From Acidothermus cellulolyticus 11B (GTDB lineage Bacteria; Actinomycetota; Actinomycetes; Acidothermales; Acidothermaceae): a DNA stretch of 32,000 nt. Every line of letters starts with the position of its first letter. The stretch's first letter is position 1. Below, in pieces: positions 7,230-14,476 of the stretch. The notes under the pieces were generated by a model. It had not been told where the DNA came from and did not search any database. It saw only the letters and a list, made by a program, of their open reading frames with translations. The stretch covers positions 1,620,001-1,652,000 of the forward strand of contig NC_008578.1 in NCBI RefSeq assembly GCF_000015025.1, read 5' to 3'. A program made the position numbers and the translations under genes.

Positions 7230-9149
7230 TTGCTGAATCATCGCGGCGTAGGGCTGAACGCCGGCCGGCTGCAAGTGCACGCCATCCGGGGTCAGCCACT
7301 CCGGATGATGGTTCGCCATGGTGTCCCAGTCAGCGACGACGGTATTCGAATGGGACGCCGCCGCTTGGGGAAACAACGCGTTGTTGGCCGGCTCCCACGG
7401 GCGGTCCATGTGGTCGTTGACCAAGACGACTCGCGAACGATCATCGAGCAGCGTGAGCGTCGCCGACAGCTCATCAGGACTCACCGGGCCGTTCGTGCCG
7501 GCTTCGATGACGACAATTGCGCCTAGCCGGCCGCTGTCGTGCAGGGCGCGCAATTCTTCGAACATCGTGTGCGCCTGCCACCCGATGACCGCGTAGATTT
7601 CAATGCTTGGGCACAGGTGCCGCAGAGCCGGTGTCGCATCGATGAGAATCGAGTCGCCGACGGCAGTCACCTGCGGAGGAGGCCCACTCGGTTGGGCTGT
7701 GTTCGACGGTGTGCTTGCGTGCGTCGTCCGGGTGGCGATCGGCGACCTCACGGGCGAGGACGCCGCCGGGGACGGCGACGGGGTGCCGGTCGGGTCGCTG
7801 GGTGACGCCGCGGGAATCGGCGTCGGCGTGGGTTGCGGCGTGGGCCATACCACCGTCGGTGCTGCGGCGGGAACCGCCACTGCGTGATGCTCCGCGGCGG
7901 TATCGACGGTCACACGGTACGCGGCCAGCGGCACAAGCAGGATGGCGGCGACTGCAGCGCCGGCGGCAATCGGCGCCAACGCCCGAGAGGTGAACGACGC
8001 CGCAACGACCCGCCAGCCGCGGGTGCGGATGGGGAGCTCGACGATCCGGTACGACGCCTCGGCAAGCGCGACCGTGATGGCGATCCGCGCGGCCGCAGCG
8101 GTGAGACCGTGCAGCGGCCAGTCCAATCCCGGTCTGGTGTAGACGAAGACCGGCCAGTGCCAGATGTACAGGCCATAGGAGCGGGTGCCCATCCATCGCA
8201 GCGGCGGGTTGTCGAGTACTCGTCCGAGGATGCTAGCCGGCCGGGTGACGAGCGACACGAGGACGGCGGTGACGACGCCGACGGCGAAGAATCCACCGCG
8301 GTACAGCGACGGCGTGAACTCGCCAAGGCGGCACATGGCCAGAATCACCGTGATCAGAGCGGCGCTGGCTGCCAATTCAGCGAGTACGTGCCGACGACGG
8401 GCCCACCGACTCGTGCGGGCTCCGCCGGATGCCCGAATGGCCGACACGACCCCGGCCGCCGCGGCGCCCAGGAGAAGCGAACTGGCGTGCGTGTCGGTGC
8501 CGAAGTACAACCGCGAGCCGTCGGTGTCGTATGGCACGTTGCCGGCGACGGCGAGCGTGCGCATCCACCACGCTGACGCGACGGCTCCGGCAACACCGAC
8601 CGCGGCGATCAGTCGTGGCCGAGGCCGTCCAAGGCACAGCACGGCAAGAAGCAGTGGCCAGATTAGGTAGAACTGCTCCTCGACGGCAAGCGACCAGAGG
8701 TGCTGCAGCGGCGGCGGACGCCCGATCGCGACGAAGTACGACCGGTGGTGGACGACGTACCACCAGTTTGAGAAGTAGCCAAGCGCGGCGGCGATATCGC
8801 CGCGGGCCTCGCGGAAATCGCCGGGGAAGAAGAGGGCGAGAACACCGGTCAAGACGGCGAGCATCACGAACAACGCAGGGAGAAGGCGCCGGGCCCGGCG
8901 AGCGTAGAAGCGAGCGAGCGAGATCACGCCGGCACGAGCGCGTTCCGTGACCAGCAGATAGGTGATGAGAAAACCGGAGATCACAAAGAACACATCGACG
9001 CCGAGGAAACCGCCGCGGGCTGCTCTGAAATCCGCGTGATACACGAGGACGCCGAGAATCGCCAAGCCGCGCAGCCCATCGAGCCCCGACAAGCGCTTCT
9101 CCGGCGCTCCGGACACGCGGGTCGCTGGAGATCGCACTCCCCCGGTCAT
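7212..9149 (-). CDS. Acyltransferase-3 (AT3) membrane domain fused to a C-terminal SGNH/GDSL domain; OafA/OatA-type carbohydrate O-acyltransferase
   Basis: AT3 signature LDGLRGLAILGVLVYHA and about 10 TM segments. Pro/Thr/Ser linker. SGNH block I VTAVGDSILIDA and later blocks (IEAGTNG, DGVHL). ATG at 9149 is preceded by GGGAG at 5-nt spacing. Alternative starts are at 9161, 9170 and 9173. Confidence 0.85.
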   Translation of the reverse strand: MTGGVRSPATRVSGAPEKRLSGLDGLRGLAILGVLVYHADFRAARGGFLGVDVFFVISGFLITYLLVTERARAGVISLARFYARRARRLLPALFVMLAVLTGVLALFFPGDFREARGDIAAALGYFSNWWYVVHHRSYFVAIGRPPPLQHLWSLAVEEQFYLIWPLLLAVLCLGRPRPRLIAAVGVAGAVASAWWMRTLAVAGNVPYDTDGSRLYFGTDTHASSLLLGAAAAGVVSAIRASGGARTSRWARRRHVLAELAASAALITVILAMCRLGEFTPSLYRGGFFAVGVVTAVLVSLVTRPASILGRVLDNPPLRWMGTRSYGLYIWHWPVFVYTRPGLDWPLHGLTAAAARIAITVALAEASYRIVELPIRTRGWRVVAASFTSRALAPIAAGAAVAAILLVPLAAYRVTVDTAAEHHAVAVPAAAPTVVWPTPQPTPTPIPAASPSDPTGTPSPSPAASSPVRSPIATRTTHASTPSNTAQPSGPPPQVTAVGDSILIDATPALRHLCPSIEIYAVIGWQAHTMFEELRALHDSGRLGAIVVIEAGTNGPVSPDELSATLTLLDDRSRVVLVNDHMDRPWEPANNALFPQAAASHSNTVVADWDTMANHHPEWLTPDGVHLQPAGVQPYAAMIQQAAGCG

Positions 9150-9560
9150 CGAAGCTCCCATCCCGTGCACCACATGCGGCCTCGGTAGTAATTCGGCATC
9201 GACAGTGCCGACCGTACGTCCCGATGACGCGACCGGCCGGTCTTCCGGTTGCGTGTCATGCAGAGGATGAGCGGTTCACAAGAATGGTCGAGCCGACGGC
9301 CGAGCGGCGGGCCCGGGTCAGCCGTAGAGATCAGACGGCGCTACGGTCGGGGGATGTCGCCCCGCCTACGGGGGTGGCGGGTCGGGGACTGATGAACCGC
9401 GGTATCCGGTTCGCCTCGCCGCCCCCCGCGGGAGTGGCGGGCCAGGGGTCAGCCGAACAGACAAGAAAACGAGCCGGGATCCGCCGTACCGGCAAGAGAA
9501 GACGCAGCGGTGCGTGCGTTGGCGCACGCCCTGGTAATCGGCGACGAGCTGCATGCCCGC

Positions 9561-9600
9561 GAAAAGAGGTGGGGGGTGGGTGGTGGGGCGCCCACCCCCC
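9561..9600 (-). terminator. Candidate intrinsic terminator downstream of the frameshifted chitinase gene
   Basis: On the plus strand, ggggggtggg (9571-9580) and cccacccccc (9591-9600) form a perfect 10-bp stem around a 10-nt loop. On the minus-strand transcript the hairpin is followed by CUUUUC (9561-9566). Confidence 0.6.
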
Positions 9601-9665
9601 GTGTTGTGGGGTTGGTGGTGTCGGTGTTGCCTGTGGTGTGTCGTGTCTAGGGGTTGGCGTGGGGT

Positions 9666-10085
9666 TTAGGTGAGGGTGATGTCGTCGGCGTAGTAGGTGG
9701 GTTGGGCGTACCAGCCGTGGATGTAGACGGTCATGGTGGTCTGGGTGGGTCCGGTGGTGACCCGGATGGTCAGCTGCTGGTAGGCCCCACCGGTCCCCGG
9801 GGTCCAGGTGTTGACATCCCCACTGGCCCCATTAGCCCCCAGGTACACGTACGACCCGTTCACCCACGCCGACACCGTGTAGGTGGTATTCGGCGCCACA
9901 CTCACCGTCTGGGTGCACTGGCCGGTCGTCGAACCGGTCGGCACCCCCGCCAACGCATACCGGCCGGAATGCACCGGCGATCCGACCACCGCATCCGGCG
10001 CCTGACAACTCCACCCCGACACATCACCGGTCTCAAACCCCCCATTCACCGCCAACCCCGCCGACGGACTCGCCGACGGCGACGG
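9666..10085. repeat. Copy A of a 420-bp dispersed direct repeat (partner 12120..12539), 1 mismatch
   Basis: Line-by-line comparison gives 9666-10050 identical to 12120-12504 (385 nt). There is a single G/A difference at 10051/12505, then 34 more identical nt. The repeat covers the stop codon and the whole C-terminal carbohydrate-binding module. Confidence 0.9.
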
Positions 10086-10283
10086 ACTTGGCGACGCAGA
10101 CGGGCTTGGCGACGCAGACGGGCTTGGCGACGGAGACGGAGACGGAGACGGACTCGGGCTTGGAGACGGGCTTGGCGACGGAGACGGCGACGGAGACAGG
10201 GACGGAGACGGGGACGGAGACGGGCTTGGGCTTGGGGACGGGCTTGGCGACGGCGACAGGGACGGGCTTGGGCTTGGGGACGG
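10062..10283. repeat. Hexanucleotide-type low-complexity array encoding an (SP)n linker (~70 aa)
   Basis: Repeated gacgg(a/g)gacgg / ggcttgg units on the plus strand. Minus-strand translation is [16 protein letters not shown]...SASPS. Boundaries are approximate. Confidence 0.85.
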
Positions 10284-11200
10284 CGAACCTGTCGGGAGGG
10301 TCTTGAGGTGCGACGCAACGGTGTTGGCAAATGCATATCCGTTTGTCGCATCCCAGTTAATCGACCACGTCATCGCTCCACGAATGCCCGGCCAGGTTGT
10401 CGAGGGATGGAACGTCCCACAGTTCGTCCCGCTCGACAGGCAGTCCAGCGCGTTGTTCACGACCGTGGGAGACACATATCCGCCCCCAGCCGCGGACGTC
10501 GTTGCAGGCAATCCGAGTCCTACTTGGTCCGGTCGGAGACCGCCCTGCAGTTGGATGCACGCGAGCGCCGTCAGGAAGTCCTCGCTCCCCTGTGCGTACA
10601 CCTTGCCGTCGCAGCCGTTCATCGATCCGGAGTTGTAGTACTGCGTGTTGACGATCGTGAGAATGTCTTTGATATTCAAGGCCAGCTGGAAATACGCCAT
10701 GCCGGTTGACTGCATATCAATCGTCTGGGGAGCCATCGTGATGATGAGACTCGGCCGAGCGAGCGACGCCAGCTGACGCAATGCTTGAGTCATGTAGGTT
10801 GCATTTATGCCATTTTCAAGGTCGATATCCACGCCATCGAAGCCATATTGACGCATCAGTTGATAAACGCTGTTCGCAAAGTTGGACGCGCTAGTCGAAT
10901 CGGAGACACTAATGGTGCCGTTCTGTCCGCCGACCGAGATAATGACGTGTTTGCCTATGCTGTGCAGATAGTTGATGTCTGAGATGAGATCAGCGTCTGA
11001 GTACCCGCCGAGCGCAGACGAAAGACCGGAATCTACGCTGAAGGACACTGCGCCGGAGTACTCGTCGCGTTGGCAAAAGCGACGGCTATGAGATCGTAGG
11101 CAGTGGGTACATCGCGTAACCGCAACGGCGTAGCGCCATTAACAAAGTCCTGCCAATACCCCGTAAGCACATGCGCCGGCAGCCCCGTCGCAGGCGGTGT

Positions 11201-11280
11201 CGGCGTAGGACTCAAGGTGGAAGTCGGTGTCGGGCTCGGCGTAGGACTCAAGGTGGAAGTCGGTGTCGGGGTCGGCGTCA
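11201..11280. repeat. 36-bp tandem repeat (2 copies plus a partial third) inside the PT-linker coding region
   Basis: cggcgtaggactcaaggtggaagtcggtgtcggg(c/g)t occurs at 11201-11236 and 11237-11272, followed by cggcgtca. It encodes the duplicated PTPTSTLSPTP(S/T). Confidence 0.85.
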
Positions 11281-11944
11281 CGGAGCTTGTCGGTGAAGCC
11301 GACGGACTCGATGAGCTTGATGCATTCCCAGGGAGGTTGAAATCATCTGCATAGTACGTACCTTGCCCGTACCAGCCATGGACCCAGATCGTCACGCTTG
11401 TCGTGGCCGAGCCGGTCGTGAACGACACGGAAAGCTGTGCATAGCTCCCACTCGTCCCCGGCGTCCACGTACTCACGTCTGTCGTGCCGGTGCCACTGAC
11501 GCCAAGGTAGACGTAATTGCCATTCACATAGGCTGACAGGACGTAGCTCGTATTCGGACTCACCGCGACAACTTGTTGGCACTGGGCCGTGCTGTTGCCG
11601 GAAGGCGTTCCGGCTAAAACATAACTTCCTGAATGTACGGGCGAATTCGTCACGGAACATCCGGCACCGCTCCACGGAGCGAGCGCGCCCGATTCCAGCC
11701 CGGGATTAGTGATGAGGTTGACTGCTGCGGTCGCCGGTACGGCGAAGAGCGCTGTCGCTGCAACCAGAGCGGAAGACGCCGCAATAGCACCGGCGACAAC
11801 GGAGTGCAAACGCTTCATGGAGTTTCTCCTTTGCGACTCGAACCGTGGCTGTCGAGCCGCCAAAGACCCCCGTCTCCTCGCGCGCCCGACCGCCGCGACG
11901 CTCGATGCGTGTCGTCACCCGCGCATCGGAGATACTTCCAGGTA

Positions 11945-11960
11945 AGAGGACTAGACCAGG
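11945..11960. promoter_or_regulatory. dre-like (DasR-responsive element-like) site upstream of the frameshifted chitinase
   Basis: The reverse complement CCTGGTCTAGTCCTCT matches 13/16 positions of the Streptomyces dre consensus A(G/C)TGGTCTAGACCA(G/C)T as I recall it. It lies ~130 nt upstream of ATG 11818. Confidence 0.45.
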
Positions 11961-12035
11961 CACTGTCAAGCACCGAAGAGCGCAATGTTGGCTCCCCCAT
12001 TCGGTGTAGGCGCCATTGCGCAGGGACGTTGGCGT

Positions 12036-12103
12036 GAAAAGGGTGGGGCGGCCGGTGGGGAGCCGACCGCCCCGCCCCGGCCTCCGGTGACGCGGAGGCC
12101 GGG
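12036..12103 (-). terminator. Two tandem GC-rich hairpins downstream of the intact chitinase gene; the distal one is followed by a U-run
   Basis: Hairpin B: ccggcctccg (12077-12086) / cggaggccgg (12093-12102), perfect 10 bp. Hairpin A: ggggcggccgg (12045-12055) / ccgaccgcccc (12063-12073), 10 of 11 bp. On the minus transcript hairpin A is followed by ACCCUUUUC (12036-12044). Confidence 0.6.
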
Positions 12104-12119
12104 AGCCACCCGGAGGTCC

Positions 12120-12539
12120 TTAGGTGAGGGTGATGTCGTCGGCGTAGTAGGTGGGTTGGGCGTACCAGCCGTGGATGTAGACGGTCATGGTGGTCTGGGT
12201 GGGTCCGGTGGTGACCCGGATGGTCAGCTGCTGGTAGGCCCCACCGGTCCCCGGGGTCCAGGTGTTGACATCCCCACTGGCCCCATTAGCCCCCAGGTAC
12301 ACGTACGACCCGTTCACCCACGCCGACACCGTGTAGGTGGTATTCGGCGCCACACTCACCGTCTGGGTGCACTGGCCGGTCGTCGAACCGGTCGGCACCC
12401 CCGCCAACGCATACCGGCCGGAATGCACCGGCGATCCGACCACCGCATCCGGCGCCTGACAACTCCACCCCGACACATCACCGGTCTCAAACCCCCCATT
12501 CACCACCAACCCCGCCGACGGACTCGCCGACGGCGACGG
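12120..12539. repeat. Copy B of the 420-bp dispersed direct repeat (partner 9666..10085)
   Basis: See copy A. The offset between copies is 2454 nt and both lie in the same orientation at the 3' ends of the two chitinase genes. Confidence 0.9.
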
Positions 12540-14411
12540 GCTCGGCGACGGAGACGGGGACGGGGACGGGCTCGGCGACGGAGACGGCGACGGAGACGGG
12601 GACGGAGACGGAGACGGGGACGGGCTCGGCGACGGGCTTGGGCTGGTGGTCGCGCACGGACCATTGTCCTGCCAGACCCCCGACCCGCCCGTGCTCGGCG
12701 GCTCCCCCTGCGTCCACCACTTCGCCGTCCAATTGTGCCCGTTATAACTCACCACATTCCCCCCCACGTACACCTTGCTGTTGTCATACGCCGGCGCACA
12801 CACCGGCAACGACGACGGCGACGGAGACGGCGACGACGACGGAGAAGGCGACGACGACGGACTCGGAGAAGGAGACAAACTCGACGACGGAGACGGAGAC
12901 GGACTCGACGACGGAGACGGAGACGGACTCGACGACACGGTCGGTGTCGACGACGGGCTTGGGCAACTTGTCGTTGTCGCAGCAAGTCCGTTGACGACTT
13001 GGTTGAACAGCGTGGCGCTCGGATCCAGGTCGTACAACGAGAACATCATGACGCCACCGAGTCCCTTGCAGTGGACGTAATCGGTTCGCGCCCTAATGGA
13101 CTGCGCGGATTCCCCGGTGTAAAAGGTGGTTCCGTCATAGAACCACGCGGCTTGCGTCACGGGGTCCCAGAAGGTGTAAGCGGGATTGTCGACAAATCCC
13201 GTGAGCTCTTTGTACATGGCGATGCCCGGTACGTTACCCGAGTACTGATGTCCCGGCGCCGGGCCGGTCGCCGGTTGGTACAAGCCGTGGTTGCTTCCCG
13301 CGGACACACCGGTCCACCCGCGGTAGTAGAACGGGACGCCGATGTTTATCTTTGCTGCGGGAAAACCACCTGGAATCCCGTAGGCAGCATCGCCGCCGGT
13401 ATAGGCGCGGATGGCATTGTCGATCGCGTAATGCTCGCTGCCTGGCGGCACCGGAGTACTCGGATCGTTCGGCGATTCAAACAGCGGGTCTTGGAAGTTG
13501 GTCGGACCGGTGGCGTCCCAGGCGCCGTGCATGTCGTAGGTCATGACGTCGGCGAAATCGAGGTATTGACCGATTTTGTCCGTCTGAATGAGACGAATCT
13601 TGTCTTGGCCGCTCGGAAGCGCCGCCGTGAGGTACATCTTCCGCCCGACGGATGCGCCGTACGCGTCCAGCTCACTGCGAAATTCAGCTAGCAGCGCCGT
13701 GAAGTTGGCCGTGTCGGCTGGACTGTAGTGGTTGCCCACGTGACCGTCCGGCGACGCCGGGTACTCCCAGTCAATGTCGATGCCGTCGAACAGGCCGGCG
13801 ATGACACCGGGCCCGCCGAATCCCGCCGAGTCCTTCGGGAGGTTTCCCTTGATGAACATGTCGATGCACGAACTCACGAAGGACTTCCGGCTCGCGTCGG
13901 TGGCGGCGGCGTCCGAGAAATACTTGGAATACGTCCATCCACCGATCGACAAGAGAATCTTGAGGTTCGGGTACTTGGCTTTGAGCAGTTGAAGCTGGTG
14001 GAAGTTTCCAGCCACCGGTTGATTCCAGACGTCGGCTTGCCCGTTGACGCTGATATCGGCGCTGTACATCTTGTCCATGTCGGCATACTGATCGCCGGCA
14101 CCGTCTCCTGCGTTCGGGTTGCTCTCATTCTGGTCGGCCGCCTTGGTCGCCTCGAAGCATTGGAGCGTGGTGGGATTGATGTTCTCGAAGTCGTAGATGA
14201 GGAAGTCGAGCTTTCCGGCGATACCCGACGTATCAAGATTCTTCGGGTAAAACGCGTTGAGGTAAATGGACCATTGGTCGTAGTACGCGACCTTGATTCC
14301 CCCGTTTGCGGCATGTGCCGGCGCGGACAACCCCGAGACCAAGCCGAGGCTGATGACCGGCAGAGTGGCGGTGGCCGCGGCCAGAGCCGCAGCCCGTCTG
14401 GTGAGCTGCAC
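12120..14411 (-). CDS. Secreted multidomain GH18 chitinase (GH18, linker, CBM5/12, linker, CenC/CBM4_9-like module)
   Basis: GTG start with GGAGGA just upstream. Twin-arginine-like signal (QLTRRAAALAAATATLPV...APAHA). GH18 motifs LLSIGGWTYS and FDGIDIDWEYP. Chitin-binding module YDNSKVYVGGNVVSYNGHNWTAKWWTQGEPP. C-terminal module [12 protein letters not shown]...YYADDITLT. Confidence 0.93.
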   Translation of the reverse strand: MQLTRRAAALAAATATLPVISLGLVSGLSAPAHAANGGIKVAYYDQWSIYLNAFYPKNLDTSGIAGKLDFLIYDFENINPTTLQCFEATKAADQNESNPNAGDGAGDQYADMDKMYSADISVNGQADVWNQPVAGNFHQLQLLKAKYPNLKILLSIGGWTYSKYFSDAAATDASRKSFVSSCIDMFIKGNLPKDSAGFGGPGVIAGLFDGIDIDWEYPASPDGHVGNHYSPADTANFTALLAEFRSELDAYGASVGRKMYLTAALPSGQDKIRLIQTDKIGQYLDFADVMTYDMHGAWDATGPTNFQDPLFESPNDPSTPVPPGSEHYAIDNAIRAYTGGDAAYGIPGGFPAAKINIGVPFYYRGWTGVSAGSNHGLYQPATGPAPGHQYSGNVPGIAMYKELTGFVDNPAYTFWDPVTQAAWFYDGTTFYTGESAQSIRARTDYVHCKGLGGVMMFSLYDLDPSATLFNQVVNGLAATTTSCPSPSSTPTVSSSPSPSPSSSPSPSPSSSLSPSPSPSSSPSPSSSPSPSPSSLPVCAPAYDNSKVYVGGNVVSYNGHNWTAKWWTQGEPPSTGGSGVWQDNGPCATTSPSPSPSPSPSPSPSPSPSPSPSPSPSPSPSPSPSPSPSASPSAGLVVNGGFETGDVSGWSCQAPDAVVGSPVHSGRYALAGVPTGSTTGQCTQTVSVAPNTTYTVSAWVNGSYVYLGANGASGDVNTWTPGTGGAYQQLTIRVTTGPTQTTMTVYIHGWYAQPTYYADDITLT
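12518..12645. repeat. (SP)n linker-coding low-complexity array (between CBM5/12 and the C-terminal module)
   Basis: Repeated gacgg(g/a)gacgg units on the plus strand. Translation on the minus strand is [12 protein letters not shown]...SPSASPS. Boundaries are approximate. Confidence 0.85.
12806..12975. repeat. Ser/Pro linker-coding low-complexity array (between GH18 and CBM5/12)
   Basis: Repeated gacgacgg / gacggagacgg units. Translation is [55 protein letters not shown]. Boundaries are approximate. Confidence 0.85.
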
Positions 14412-14438
14412 GTGTCCTCCGAGGGTGTACGGTGATCT

Positions 14439-14454
14439 AGTGGCCTAGACCAAT
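14439..14454. promoter_or_regulatory. dre-like (DasR-type) operator upstream of the chitinase gene, site 1
   Basis: AGTGGCCTAGACCAAT matches 14/16 positions of the recalled dre consensus A(G/C)TGGTCTAGACCA(G/C)T. It lies 28 nt upstream of the chitinase GTG (14411). Confidence 0.6.
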
Positions 14455-14460
14455 GTCGAA

Positions 14461-14476
14461 ATTGGACTAGTCCAAT
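14461..14476. promoter_or_regulatory. Perfect 16-bp palindrome related to dre, site 2
   Basis: ATTGGACTAGTCCAAT is its own reverse complement and matches 12/16 positions of the recalled dre consensus. It lies 6 nt from site 1. Confidence 0.5.

Larger units (their letters stand above)
9666..11818 (-). pseudogene. GH18 chitinase flanked by N- and C-terminal CenC/CBM4_9-like modules; reading frame broken by an apparent 1-nt deletion near 11049-11056
   Basis: Track ORF 11033..11863 encodes a signal peptide (from ATG 11818, RBS AAGGAGA), a jelly-roll module, a PT linker and the first GH18 strands (LTGYWQDF...[14 protein letters not shown]). Track ORF 9666..11048 continues in another frame with the rest of GH18 ([21 protein letters not shown]), an (SP)n linker and a second jelly-roll module. 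The span is 2153 nt (3n+2), so one extra base would restore a single 717-aa ORF. Confidence 0.8.

Noticed and set aside
9360-9460. 6C-type small RNA (two hairpins with C-rich loops) on the minus strand of the acyltransferase leader.
   Set aside because: I cannot reproduce the 6C consensus from memory well enough. The loops (ACCCCCGUA and ACUCCCGCG...) and stems are only loosely similar. It is kept only as an unspecified structured leader in the findings.
10062-10283. Regularly spaced short repeats that could superficially resemble a CRISPR array.
   Set aside because: Units are 6-12 nt with no spacers. They lie inside an ORF and translate to an (SP)n interdomain linker. No cas genes are nearby.
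9654-10709. Long plus-strand ORFs antisense to the chitinase genes (9654..10709 and 11985..13691), extremely Arg/Pro/Gly-rich.
   Set aside because: These are typical shadow ORFs of high-GC DNA. The opposite strand carries unmistakable GH18/CBM sequence. Their apparent similarity to each other only reflects the 420-bp duplicated module.
9666-12539. The identical 420-bp direct repeats as ends of a mobile element or composite transposon.
   Set aside because: The repeats are the coding 3' modules of two chitinase genes. I recognised no transposase, integrase or inverted terminal repeats, and looked no further for target-site duplications. Gene conversion or domain duplication explains the pattern better.
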